Source of the DNA: Burkholderiales bacterium
GTDB lineage: Bacteria; Pseudomonadota; Gammaproteobacteria; Burkholderiales; SG8-41
DNA: 64,000 nt
Assembly (NCBI GenBank): GCA_035649495.1
Contig: DASRJL010000110.1
Span: 37,219-101,218 of the forward strand
Reading direction: 5' to 3'
The position numbers and the translations under genes are program-made. The notes below the pieces were generated by a model. It saw only the letters and a program-made list of their open reading frames with translations. It did no database searches and was not told the DNA's origin. Positions 20,513 to 29,588 of this stretch are shown one piece after another; position 1 is the first letter of the stretch; every line of letters begins with the position of its first letter.

Positions 20513-20962
20513 ATGAACACTCAATCGCAGATGAACACTCGATGGTGGAAAGTCTCGTCGCTTTGCGCGCTCGCGGTGTTGGCAGCGTGCGGCACACGCA
20601 CGGTGATACGCGAGCAACCGATCGTCCAGAACCAGCCGGTGATCGAGCGCGAACGCACGGTCGTCCAGCAACAGCCGTCCGAACGCGTGGTGATCGTCAA
20701 TCCGCCTGCGGCCCCGGTGGAAACCGTTCCGCCCGCGCCTGCGGTGACCGGCTACACCTGGGTCAAAGGGCACTATGAATGGCGGGACGGCAGGTGGGTC
20801 TGGCTATCGGGCCAGTGGGTAGCCGGCACGGTTCGCCCGGTCCCGGCGGCGCCCTATGAAGACGTGACACCTCCCGCGCCGTACTCCGGCGCGCGCTGGG
20901 TGCCCGGCTATTGGCGCTTCGCCGGTAACGACTGGGTATGGGTCCAGGGACGCTGGTTGTAG
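20513..20962 (+). CDS. Lipoprotein with YXWGXW-type repeats
   Basis: The lipobox LAVLAAC is followed by repeated W-rich modules: YTWVKGHYEWRDGRWVW, GQWV, WVPGYWRF.GNDWVWVQGRW. Start at MNTQSQ (20513). Confidence 0.7.
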   Translation: MNTQSQMNTRWWKVSSLCALAVLAACGTRTVIREQPIVQNQPVIERERTVVQQQPSERVVIVNPPAAPVETVPPAPAVTGYTWVKGHYEWRDGRWVWLSGQWVAGTVRPVPAAPYEDVTPPAPYSGARWVPGYWRFAGNDWVWVQGRWL

Positions 20963-20983
20963 CCTCCTGACGGACTGACGGAC

Positions 20984-21004
20984 GGCGGGCCCCGGCGGCC
21001 CGCC
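20984..21004 (+). terminator. GC-rich hairpin after the lipoprotein gene (weak terminator candidate)
   Basis: GGCGGGCC CCGGC GGCCCGCC. The T-run is short and displaced (GGTTTTCC 10 nt downstream). Confidence 0.35.
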
Positions 21005-21240
21005 CCGTCCCGGTTTTCCGCTTGCGGCCGGCGATCGCTGCGCCGCGAGCTTTCCCTCACTCTCCTTTCCAGGCGGTATAGTTGCGCGCCCGCGTGAAGC
21101 GGACGTCGCCCGTTCCGGCATTCGAAGCATGCCGGGTTCGACTGCGGCGCCTTTTGCAGGAGTCCACATATGCTCTACGCGTCGACGTAGTAATGAATCC
21201 CGCGGGTTCTGCCCAGAGCGCCCTATAATCGGGCGGAACC

Positions 21241-24200
21241 ATGTATTTCGACTGGCAGCTCTGGAAGATGACCGGGGGACTGCGCGGGCGTATCGCGCTC
21301 GGCGTGATCCTCGGGATGCTGTCCCTGTGCGCGGGAATCGCGCGATTCGTGTTCCTCGGCCGCCTGCTGGTGCTGGTGTTCCAGGGCGCGGGCCTCGCGG
21401 AGGTGGCGCCGTCGGCCGTGGGGGTCGCGGCGGCGATCGTGCTGCGCGCGGCCCTGGAACAGGCGCGCACGATGATCGCGCACCGCACGGCCACCCGCAT
21501 CCAGGAAACCCTGCGCGCGCGGCTCTTCGACAAGCTCCTCGCGCTCGGGCCGGCCTGGTTCGCAGAGAGCCGCACCGGCGGCGTGATGCTCTCGGTGGTC
21601 GACGGCGTCGAGCAGCTGCAGACCTTTTTCGGCCAGTACCTGCCGCAGCTCTTCATCTCGGCTGCCGCGCCCGTCGCCATCTTCGCGTTCATCGCCTGGT
21701 GGGACCTGCCGGTGGCCACGGTCATGGTCGCCGCGGCGCTCTTCGGGCTCATCCTGCCCGGGCTCGCGCAACGGCGCAACCGCGAAGCCTCGGTCGCGCG
21801 TCAGCGGGCGTTCAAGTCCTTCGGCGAGGAGTTCCTGGACGCGATCCAGGGACTGCCCACGCTGAAGGCGTTCGGGCAGGGCCGCGCGTACGGCCGCCGG
21901 CTGGCCGAGAAGGCGCGCGCGCTTTCCGACGAGACCATGTGGGTGCTCGGGGCGAGCGTCATGACCCGCGGCATCACGGACGTCGCGATTGCCACCGGCG
22001 CCGCGGCCGCGCTCGCGCTCGGCACCTGGCGCGTGTCGCACGGCCTGATGAGCCTGGAGGCGCTGCTGATCGTGCTGATGGCGGGTACCGAAATCTTCCG
22101 GCCGCTGCGCGATCTGCGAACCGTGCTGCACGCAGGGATGAACGGCCAGTCGGCGGCGCAGGGCCTGCACGCGTTGCTTGGCGCCGTGGAATCCGCGCCA
22201 ACCGGCGGCGCGGCGGTATCGGCAGAGACGCGGCGCCGCCCGTCCATCGCCTTCGAAGGCATCCGTTTCGCCTATCCGGGCGTGCGCGGCGCCGCGCTGG
22301 AGGACCTGACGTTCGCGGTGGGCGCCGCGGAACGCGTCGGCATCGTCGGCCCGAGCGGCGCGGGCAAGTCCTCGATCGTGCGTCTGCTCATGCGCCTGCA
22401 TGACCCGCAGCAGGGAAGCGTGCGCATCGGCGATCAGGACCTGCGCGGGCTGGACCCCGAGGATCTGCGGCGTCACATTGCCGTGGTCGCGCAGGACACC
22501 CACCTCTTCCACGGGACGGTCGAGGAGAACGTGCGCCTGGGCCGTCCGGATGCGACCCAGGCGGAGCTGGAAGCGGCGACCCGGGCGGCGAACGCGCATG
22601 ATTTCATCGAAGCGCTGCCCGACGGCTACCGCACCATCATCGGTGAGCGCGGAGCGCGGCTTTCCGGCGGCCAGCGCCAGCGCCTCGCCATCGCGCGCGC
22701 CCTGCTGGTCGACGCGCCGATCCTGATCCTGGACGAGGCGCTGTCATCGGTCGATGCGGAGAACGAAGCGGTGATCCAGCAGGCGCTGGAACGCCTGATG
22801 CAGGGGCGCACCACGCTCATCCTCGCGCACCGGCTCTCCAGCGTTATCGGCGCCGACCGCATCCTGGTGCTGGAGAGCGGGCGCGTGGTCGACAGCGGCC
22901 GTCATGCCGAGCTGATTCGCCGCGACGGACCGTATCGGCGGCTGATGGCCTCGCAGGCCGAGGGCGTGGCCACGTCTGATCTCGCGGAAATGCGCGAGAT
23001 GCAGGTTGCCGTCGGGAGCGACACCAGCCGCGACGCGAGCGCGGACAGCGCAATCCCGGGCATTGCGCTGCGCGACCTCAACGCCGACGCGGCCAGGGTG
23101 GGCTGGTACCCGACGCTCGCGGCGCTCGCGCGCTTCATCCGGCCGTGGCGCGCCCAGCTCGCGGTCGTGACCGGCTGCGGCGTCGCACGCGTGGCGGCCT
23201 TCATCGGCGTCGGCGTGATCGGTGCCCTGGCGATCGCCGGCGTCAAGGGCGGAGGCTTTCCGCAGGCGCTCGTGGTGGCGCTGCTCCTCGTCGCACCGCT
23301 CGCCGGCGTGCTGCACTGGATCGAATCCTGGCTCGCGCACGACATGGCCTACCGCCTGCTCGCCGAGATGCGCATCGGGCTCTATGCCAGGCTTGAAGCG
23401 CTGGCGCCCGCCTACCTCTTCGAGCGGCGCTCGGGCGACCTGGTCGCGCTCGCAGCCCAGGATGTCGAGACGGTCGAATACTTCTTCGCGCACACGGTCG
23501 CGCCGGCGATCGTGGCCGTGCTGGTGCCGTGCGCGGTGCTGGCGTGGCTCGCGTCGTCGGCGTGGCCGCTCGCGCTCGCGCTGGCACCGTTCCTCGCCTA
23601 CGCGGCCGCGTCGCCGTTCCTGCGGCGGCGCCACGTGGACGAGCTGGCGTCGCGCGCGCGCGCCGCCCTGGGCGAGCTCTCCGCGCACGTCACCGAGACC
23701 ATCCAGGGCATGACGGAGCTCCTCGCCTTCGGCGCTCGCGGCCGCAGGCGCGAGGCATTCATGGCGCTTGCGCGGCGTTACCAGGAATTGCGGCTGAACC
23801 TGCTCGACGATCTCGCGCGCCAGTCGGAGCACCTGGAGGTGGCGACCGGGCTCGGCGGCCTGGCAATCGCCATCCTCGGCGCGCAGCTCGCGGCCACCGG
23901 GCGGATCGACCCGGCGCTCCTGCCGCTCTTCATCCTGATCTCGGTGGCGGCCTTCCTGCCGGTCTCGGAGATCGCGCAGGTGAGCCGCCAGCTCGCCGAT
24001 ACCATCGCCTCCACCCGCCGGCTCGAAGTCGTCGAATCCGAGCCGGTCCGGATCGCCGACGGCCCGCTGGATGCTCCGGCGCCGCGCGGCGGAATGGACG
24101 TGCGGTTCGAGCACGTCCGGTTCACCTACCCCGGGCGGACCAAGGCAGCGCTGTCGGACGCGAGCTTCGAGGTGCCCGCCGGAGCAACCGTGGCTCTGGT

Positions 24201-24849
24201 CGGCTCCTCCGGCGCAGGCAAGACCACGGTCGCGAATCTGCTGCTGCGGTTCTGGGATCCCGGCGCCGGGACGATCCGGCTCGGCGGCGTCGAGCTGCCG
24301 CGCCTCACGCTCGACGGGTTACGCCAGAGGATCGCGCTGGTCGCGCAGGACACCTATCTCTTCAACGGCACGCTGGAGGCCAACATCCTGCTCGCGCGCC
24401 CGGAAGCGTCGCGTGCGGAACTGCTGCGCGCCGTGCAGCAGGCCGCGTTGTCCGAGTTCATCGCCGGGCTGCCCGAGGGACTTGCGACCCCCGTCGGCGA
24501 GCGCGGCGTGCAGCTGTCCGGCGGCCAGCGGCAGCGGGTCGCGATCGCGCGCGCCTTCCTGAAGGACGCGCCGGTGCTCGTGCTCGACGAGGCGACCTCG
24601 CACCTCGACGCGCTGAGCGAGGAGCAGGTGCGCGGCGCGCTCGACTCGCTGATGATCGATCGCACCACGATACTCATCGCTCACCGCCTGTCGACCATCC
24701 GCGCCGCCGATCGCATCCTGGTGCTGCACGAGGGCCGCGTCGCCGAGCAAGGCACGCACGACGAGCTCATCGCGCGCCGCGGCTTCTACGCGCACCTGGT
24801 CGAGCGTCAGCGGTCGGGAGCGCGGGAGCGCAGCGTCCCGGTTGCCTAG
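21241..24849 (+). CDS. Fused (TMD-NBD)x2 ABC exporter, CydD/CydC-type
   Basis: The 1202-aa ORF has two Walker A sites (GPSGAGKS, GSSGAGKT), two LSGGQRQR signatures and two six-helix TMDs. The first half shows CydD-like strings (LGPAWF, YLPQL, EIFRPLRDL). Confidence 0.8.
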   Translation: MYFDWQLWKMTGGLRGRIALGVILGMLSLCAGIARFVFLGRLLVLVFQGAGLAEVAPSAVGVAAAIVLRAALEQARTMIAHRTATRIQETLRARLFDKLLALGPAWFAESRTGGVMLSVVDGVEQLQTFFGQYLPQLFISAAAPVAIFAFIAWWDLPVATVMVAAALFGLILPGLAQRRNREASVARQRAFKSFGEEFLDAIQGLPTLKAFGQGRAYGRRLAEKARALSDETMWVLGASVMTRGITDVAIATGAAAALALGTWRVSHGLMSLEALLIVLMAGTEIFRPLRDLRTVLHAGMNGQSAAQGLHALLGAVESAPTGGAAVSAETRRRPSIAFEGIRFAYPGVRGAALEDLTFAVGAAERVGIVGPSGAGKSSIVRLLMRLHDPQQGSVRIGDQDLRGLDPEDLRRHIAVVAQDTHLFHGTVEENVRLGRPDATQAELEAATRAANAHDFIEALPDGYRTIIGERGARLSGGQRQRLAIARALLVDAPILILDEALSSVDAENEAVIQQALERLMQGRTTLILAHRLSSVIGADRILVLESGRVVDSGRHAELIRRDGPYRRLMASQAEGVATSDLAEMREMQVAVGSDTSRDASADSAIPGIALRDLNADAARVGWYPTLAALARFIRPWRAQLAVVTGCGVARVAAFIGVGVIGALAIAGVKGGGFPQALVVALLLVAPLAGVLHWIESWLAHDMAYRLLAEMRIGLYARLEALAPAYLFERRSGDLVALAAQDVETVEYFFAHTVAPAIVAVLVPCAVLAWLASSAWPLALALAPFLAYAAASPFLRRRHVDELASRARAALGELSAHVTETIQGMTELLAFGARGRRREAFMALARRYQELRLNLLDDLARQSEHLEVATGLGGLAIAILGAQLAATGRIDPALLPLFILISVAAFLPVSEIAQVSRQLADTIASTRRLEVVESEPVRIADGPLDAPAPRGGMDVRFEHVRFTYPGRTKAALSDASFEVPAGATVALVGSSGAGKTTVANLLLRFWDPGAGTIRLGGVELPRLTLDGLRQRIALVAQDTYLFNGTLEANILLARPEASRAELLRAVQQAALSEFIAGLPEGLATPVGERGVQLSGGQRQRVAIARAFLKDAPVLVLDEATSHLDALSEEQVRGALDSLMIDRTTILIAHRLSTIRAADRILVLHEGRVAEQGTHDELIARRGFYAHLVERQRSGARERSVPVA

Positions 24850-24924
24850 CCGGATTCCTGCGCGGAACTCCCCCCGCTGCCCGGCGGTCCCTCTCCTGAC
24901 AGAGGACATACCGGGAGTACGGCC

Positions 24925-25218
24925 ATGGACACACCTTCCAGAGATCACGACTTCGAGCGTTGCCCGGAATGCGGCGCGCCGATGGATATGACAGACTCGC
25001 GGCAGGTCGCCCGCCACATGAAAGCCGGACATGAGGCTGTCGTTCCGACCGTCCCCGGCGGAGACCGGGGCGGCCTCCTCGAGGACAACGACCATGCCGA
25101 GGAGCTGGGGAACTTCGCGACTTGTGCGGCGTGCGGTCAGACCTATGACACGCGCGTCAGCGCCGAAGTCCTTCACCACGAGGAGCCCGGGCACCAGCCT
25201 TTGCTGCCGGTCGTTTGA
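24925..25218 (+). CDS. Hypothetical small zinc-ribbon protein
   Basis: CPEC...CAAC pairs plus several His. Codon usage is plausible. No family was recognised. Confidence 0.4.
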   Translation: MDTPSRDHDFERCPECGAPMDMTDSRQVARHMKAGHEAVVPTVPGGDRGGLLEDNDHAEELGNFATCAACGQTYDTRVSAEVLHHEEPGHQPLLPVV

Positions 25219-25236
25219 AGCTGGTGAGAGCCGGCT

Positions 25237-26298
25237 TTATCCTCGATGGAACCAGAGTAGCGACAGGCCCGCCGCGCAGAACGCCAGCAGCGCCGCGAGC
25301 GCGGAGAGCAGCGCGCTCATCTCGGTGTCCCGCTGCTCGAGCGCGAGCTTCGAGTTGAGGGTCTGGTAGACCTTCTTCAGGTCGGCGGCCGTTCCCGCGT
25401 GGTAGTACTCCGCGTCGGTGATCTTCGCGACCTGCTTCAGCGTCTCCTCGTCGAGCATCACGTACGCCGACCACCCGTCGAAATCGATCGTACCGCCTTC
25501 CTTGGTGCCGAAGCCCACCGTATAGACGCGCACGCCGCGATCGGCCGCCATCTTCGCCGCCTCGATCGGATCGGGGCCGGTCGTGCGCCGCCCGTCGCTC
25601 ATGAGAATGATCGCGCCGGACTTGTACGAGCCCGGGGGGACGGGCGTGAAGTCCTTCTTTTCCGCCTTCTCGAGCCTGCGCGGGCGGTCGATGCCGGCGG
25701 CGCCCCCGCCGAAGCGCGAGAAATTGCGGTCGAACACCATCGATTCGAGGTCGATGCCCGAGTCCGGCAGCAGCAACGACAGCGACATGATCAGGCCGCT
25801 GCCGGTGGCCGTGGCGCGCTGGAGCTGAAAGCGGTCGATGGCCGCGATCAGGTCGTCGCGGTTCTGCGTCGGCGTCTGCACGATGGAAGCGGTTCCCGCG
25901 AACGTCACGATGCCGACCCGCAGGTTGTTCGGCATCTGCTCTATGAAGTCCTTCGCGGCCGCCTGCGCGGCGGTGATGCGGTTGGGGTCCACGTCCTTCG
26001 CGCGCATGCTGCGCGACACGTCCATCGCAAGGACGATCGTCTGGCTCTGCGACGGCAGGAGAAATACGGCGCTCGGCCTGGCAAGCGCCACCAGAGCAGC
26101 CGCCATCGCGAGCAGGAAGACGAGCGGCGGCACGTGGCGCCGGAACCGCTGGCCGGGGCCTATCGCATCCCTGACGAGCCGTAGGCTTGCGTAATGCACG
26201 GCCGTCCGCTTCTTGCGCCACAGCACGTACAAGTACGCGGCAACGAGCGCCGGCACAGCCAGGAGCAGCCACAGCAGATCGGGCCAGAGAAACCGCAT
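25237..26298 (-). CDS. VWA domain-containing membrane protein (BatA-like)
   Basis: N-terminal TM helices, MIDAS DxSxS (LAMDVSRSM), a VWA core and a C-terminal TM. It is a paralog of 29589..30644. Confidence 0.8.
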   Translation of the reverse strand: MRFLWPDLLWLLLAVPALVAAYLYVLWRKKRTAVHYASLRLVRDAIGPGQRFRRHVPPLVFLLAMAAALVALARPSAVFLLPSQSQTIVLAMDVSRSMRAKDVDPNRITAAQAAAKDFIEQMPNNLRVGIVTFAGTASIVQTPTQNRDDLIAAIDRFQLQRATATGSGLIMSLSLLLPDSGIDLESMVFDRNFSRFGGGAAGIDRPRRLEKAEKKDFTPVPPGSYKSGAIILMSDGRRTTGPDPIEAAKMAADRGVRVYTVGFGTKEGGTIDFDGWSAYVMLDEETLKQVAKITDAEYYHAGTAADLKKVYQTLNSKLALEQRDTEMSALLSALAALLAFCAAGLSLLWFHRG

Positions 26299-26488
26299 AG
26301 CTGTTACTTTATCACCGCGGCAGCCTGTCGGCTCCCATCCCCAAATTCATTCACTTGCCGTCCGGCCCGGTGTTTACCCGGGTGTAAGAATCCGTCTCGT
26401 GACGCAGTGATGTACCCCCGTCCCGCGAACGTGCTACCGTTTCGGTTATCTCCCGGGAGACAGCGGCGCTGAGTCATCGAGATAACTC

Positions 26489-27430
26489 ATGAAACGAGCA
26501 GCCATTTACAGCACGGCGGGCAAGTCGCGCGGCGGCGCGCAGGCCGGGGGCACCACTGCGCCGCCTGCGAAAGCCACCGAAGCGCGACACGCGCCCGGCT
26601 CCGCCGCTAACGGCGTGGCCGACGGGGAAGGCCGGGTCGGCGCGTTTCTGCGGCGTCACGCGTCCTTCGTGCTCTTCGTCGCGGGCGGACTCTTCGCCCT
26701 CGCTCTCCTGCTGGCTTACGACGCGACGCGGCCGGCACGGCAGGACTTCACGCAGGAAGACATCGACGCCGCCGTGCTCCACACGCTCGAGAACGAGAGT
26801 CTTCCTTCCCGTCCGGCCAAGGCTGCGGCGGCGGTGCTGCCCTCGGTCGTGCGCGTGCGCGGTTACGTCGACGACGGGGGCGGCGAGCTGATGGAGAGCG
26901 CGACGGGCTCGGGGGTCGTCATCATCGACCAGGGCGTGATCCTCACCAATCTGCACGTCGTCCAGGGCGCGGAAAAAGTGACGGTGACTTTCTTCGACGG
27001 CCTCGAGTCGGAGGCCTCGGTCGCCGGCGTGCAGCCCGAGAACGATCTCGCCGTCGTGAAAGCGAAGACCATACCCGACGACCTGGCGGCGGCGACGCTG
27101 GGCAACACGCAGCGGCTGAAGCTGGGCGACGAAGTGGTCGCAGTGGGATTCCCGTTCGGCATCGGCCCGTCGGTGTCGGCCGGCGTGGTCTCCGGACTGA
27201 ATCGCGAGTTCCGCTCGCCCGACGGGCAGCAGGTGCTGACGAAGCTGATCCAGTTCGACGCCGCCGCGAACCCCGGCAGCTCCGGCGGGCCGCTCGTCAC
27301 GATGGACGGCGAAGTCGTCGGCATCGTGACGGCGATCTTCAGTCCGGGCGAAGTGCGCACCTTCATCGGTATCGGATTCGCAGTGACCATAGAGGCCGCC
27401 GGCAACGCGGTCGGCCTGCCACCGTTCTAA
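26489..27430 (+). CDS. Trypsin-like S1C (HtrA-family, no PDZ) serine protease with N-terminal membrane anchor
   Basis: Contains GSGVVI...ILTNLHVV, NDLAVVKA and NPGSSGGPLV, with a TM helix near residue 55. Confidence 0.8.
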   Translation: MKRAAIYSTAGKSRGGAQAGGTTAPPAKATEARHAPGSAANGVADGEGRVGAFLRRHASFVLFVAGGLFALALLLAYDATRPARQDFTQEDIDAAVLHTLENESLPSRPAKAAAAVLPSVVRVRGYVDDGGGELMESATGSGVVIIDQGVILTNLHVVQGAEKVTVTFFDGLESEASVAGVQPENDLAVVKAKTIPDDLAAATLGNTQRLKLGDEVVAVGFPFGIGPSVSAGVVSGLNREFRSPDGQQVLTKLIQFDAAANPGSSGGPLVTMDGEVVGIVTAIFSPGEVRTFIGIGFAVTIEAAGNAVGLPPF

Positions 27431-27485
27431 TTCCGCTGATGTTATCTCTGTGCATCTGCGGTTAATTCAGTAAGGGTAAGAATTC

Positions 27486-28502
27486 ATGGAAGAGCAGACA
27501 ACAGCCGGACGGGGCGAGATCGCCTCCCTGATGCAGCGCATCCTCTACGAAGTGAAGCGCGTGGTGGTGGGACAGGACCACTTTCTCGAGCGCGTGCTGG
27601 TCGCGATGCTCGCGCAGGGGCACCTGCTCGTGGAGGGCGTGCCGGGGCTCGCGAAGACGCTCACGGTCAAGACCCTCGCCCGCACCGTCCGCGGCCAGTT
27701 CAAGCGGATCCAGTTCACTCCCGACCTGCTCCCGGCCGACCTCGTGGGCACGCGCATGTACAACCAGCGCTCGGGAGAGTTCAGCACCGTGCTCGGGCCG
27801 GTATTCACCAACCTGCTGCTCGCCGACGAGATCAACCGTGCGCCCGCCAAGGTACAGAGCGCGCTGCTCGAGGTGATGCAGGAGCGCCAGGTGACGATCG
27901 CCGGGGAGACGCACAAGGTGCCCGAGCCATTCCTGGTGATGGCCACGCAGAACCCGATCGAGACCGAGGGCACCTATCCCCTGCCCGAAGCCCAGGTCGA
28001 CCGCTTCATGATGAAGGTGCTCGTCGGCTACCCGAGCGAGGAGGAGGAGTTCGTGATCGTCGAGCGCGTCACGGGACCCGCCGCCGACGTTGCCGCGGTC
28101 GCCACCACCGAGCAGCTCTCCGCGCTGCAGGGCGAGTGCCGCAAGGCCTACGTCGACCCCGCGCTCATCCAGTACGCGGTGAAGCTCGTCGCGGCCACGC
28201 GCCGCCCCGAGCGCTGCGGTCTCACGGACCTGGCCCGCTACATCACGTTCGGCGCGAGCCCGCGGGCGACGATCCATCTCATAGAGGGCGCGCGGGCGCT
28301 GGCATTCCTGCGCGGCCGCGAATACGTGCTGCCCGAGGACGTGACCGATCTCGTGCCCGACGTGCTGCGCCACCGTCTCGTGCTCTCCTACGAAGCGCTC
28401 TCCGACGCGAAGACCGCGGACGAGCTCGTGGTGCGGATCATGAAGGCGGTCCCCGCGCCCGAGAAGCCGCTCGAAACCCATGTCCGAGTCGCCGCCGGAT
28501 AG
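27486..28502 (+). CDS. MoxR-family AAA+ ATPase
   Basis: Contains VVGQD..LERVLVA.LA.GH.L.EGVPGLAKT, LLADEINRAPAK.QSALLE.MQE and ATQNP.E.EGTYPLPEAQ.DRF. Confidence 0.9.
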   Translation: MEEQTTAGRGEIASLMQRILYEVKRVVVGQDHFLERVLVAMLAQGHLLVEGVPGLAKTLTVKTLARTVRGQFKRIQFTPDLLPADLVGTRMYNQRSGEFSTVLGPVFTNLLLADEINRAPAKVQSALLEVMQERQVTIAGETHKVPEPFLVMATQNPIETEGTYPLPEAQVDRFMMKVLVGYPSEEEEFVIVERVTGPAADVAAVATTEQLSALQGECRKAYVDPALIQYAVKLVAATRRPERCGLTDLARYITFGASPRATIHLIEGARALAFLRGREYVLPEDVTDLVPDVLRHRLVLSYEALSDAKTADELVVRIMKAVPAPEKPLETHVRVAAG

Positions 28503-29478
28503 CAGGAAGAAGGACGCGCCCCGCCTCCATGCCGTCGCCGCCGCGGGCGGCGCGCTGGCCCGCAAGGAGGATCCCGACGCCATCCTCCGCCGTCTCGAGT
28601 GGACGGTCATACGGCGCCTGGACGGCCTTCTGCAGGGCGACTATCGCACGCTGTTCCGCGCCTTCGGCCTCGATCTCGCCGATCTCCGCGAGTATCAGCT
28701 GCACGACGACGTGCGCCACATCGACTGGAACGTCACCGCCCGCCTGCAGACGCCCTACGTCCGCGAGTTTCACGCCGACCGTGAAGTCACGGCCTGGTTT
28801 CTCCTCGACCTGAGCGGCTCGGTGGATTTCGGCTCGGGCAACGTGCGGAAGCGCGCGCTGTCGACCGAGTTGACCGCGGTGCTCGGGCGGCTCCTCACGC
28901 GGCACGGCAATCGCGTCGGCGCCATTCTCTATTCGGACAAGATCGACGGCGTGGTTCCGGCGGGCGCCGGGCGGCGCCACGTGCTGCAGATTCTCGACCG
29001 CATGATGAAGCCGGCCGCGCCGGCCGCCCGGAAGGAGACGAATCTCGGCGACCTCATGGAGAAGGCGCAATCGGCGATCAAGCGACGCTCGGTGATCTTC
29101 GTCGTCTCCGACTTCATCAGCACCCCGGGCTGGGCGCGCGGGCTCGCGCTGCTCGCCCGCCGTCACGAGATCGTCGCCGTGCGCCTCTACGATCCGCTGG
29201 AAATGGAGCTGCCGGACCTGGGCCTCATCGTCATGCAGGACGCAGAGACGGGTGAGCAGCTCTTCGTCGACACGCACGACGCGCGCTTCCGCAGGCAGTT
29301 CGCGGAAGCGGCCCTGCGGCGCGAAGCCGCGCTGCGGGCGGCGTTGAGCGAGGCGGGGGTCGATTGCCTGGAGCTGGCGACGGACGACGATCTCGTCGAT
29401 GCCCTGATGCGTTTCACGGTGTTGCGCAAGCGGCGCAGCCAGCTCGCGGCGGGTGTCTCGCTGACGAGTCACAGGTAG
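28480..29478 (+). CDS. DUF58 domain-containing protein
   Basis: It has the hallmark DD.R.IDWN.TAR...P.VREF and a VWA-like fold. It lies downstream of, and overlaps, moxR. Confidence 0.85.
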   Translation: MSESPPDSRKKDAPRLHAVAAAGGALARKEDPDAILRRLEWTVIRRLDGLLQGDYRTLFRAFGLDLADLREYQLHDDVRHIDWNVTARLQTPYVREFHADREVTAWFLLDLSGSVDFGSGNVRKRALSTELTAVLGRLLTRHGNRVGAILYSDKIDGVVPAGAGRRHVLQILDRMMKPAAPAARKETNLGDLMEKAQSAIKRRSVIFVVSDFISTPGWARGLALLARRHEIVAVRLYDPLEMELPDLGLIVMQDAETGEQLFVDTHDARFRRQFAEAALRREAALRAALSEAGVDCLELATDDDLVDALMRFTVLRKRRSQLAAGVSLTSHR

Positions 29479-29497
29479 TGAACATCGATGAAAGGGC

Positions 29498-29578
29498 GTG
29501 ATTGGCGATTGGTGATCTGGCCGGGCTCAAGCAAGCGCAGCAGCGCTTGACACCAATCACGAATCACGAATCACGCAG
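29498..29578 (+). repeat. Compound hairpin whose arms are tandem heptads (GTGATTG GCGATTG GTGATCT ... CACCAAT CACGAAT CACGAAT CACGCAG)
   Basis: The arms pair at 15 of 17 positions. An inner perfect 7-bp hairpin CAAGCGC AGCA GCGCTTG is present. It lies between the DUF58 stop and the VWA start. Confidence 0.6.
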
Positions 29579-29588
29579 TTAGCTTCAG

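Noticed and set aside
26440-26490. Palindrome TCTCCCGGGAGA and flanking GTTATCTC...GAGATAAC repeat just upstream of the S1C protease start, as a possible operator.
   Set aside because: It is a single occurrence. The palindrome contains a SmaI-like GC core that is common in this composition, and there is no second site or associated regulator to support a call.
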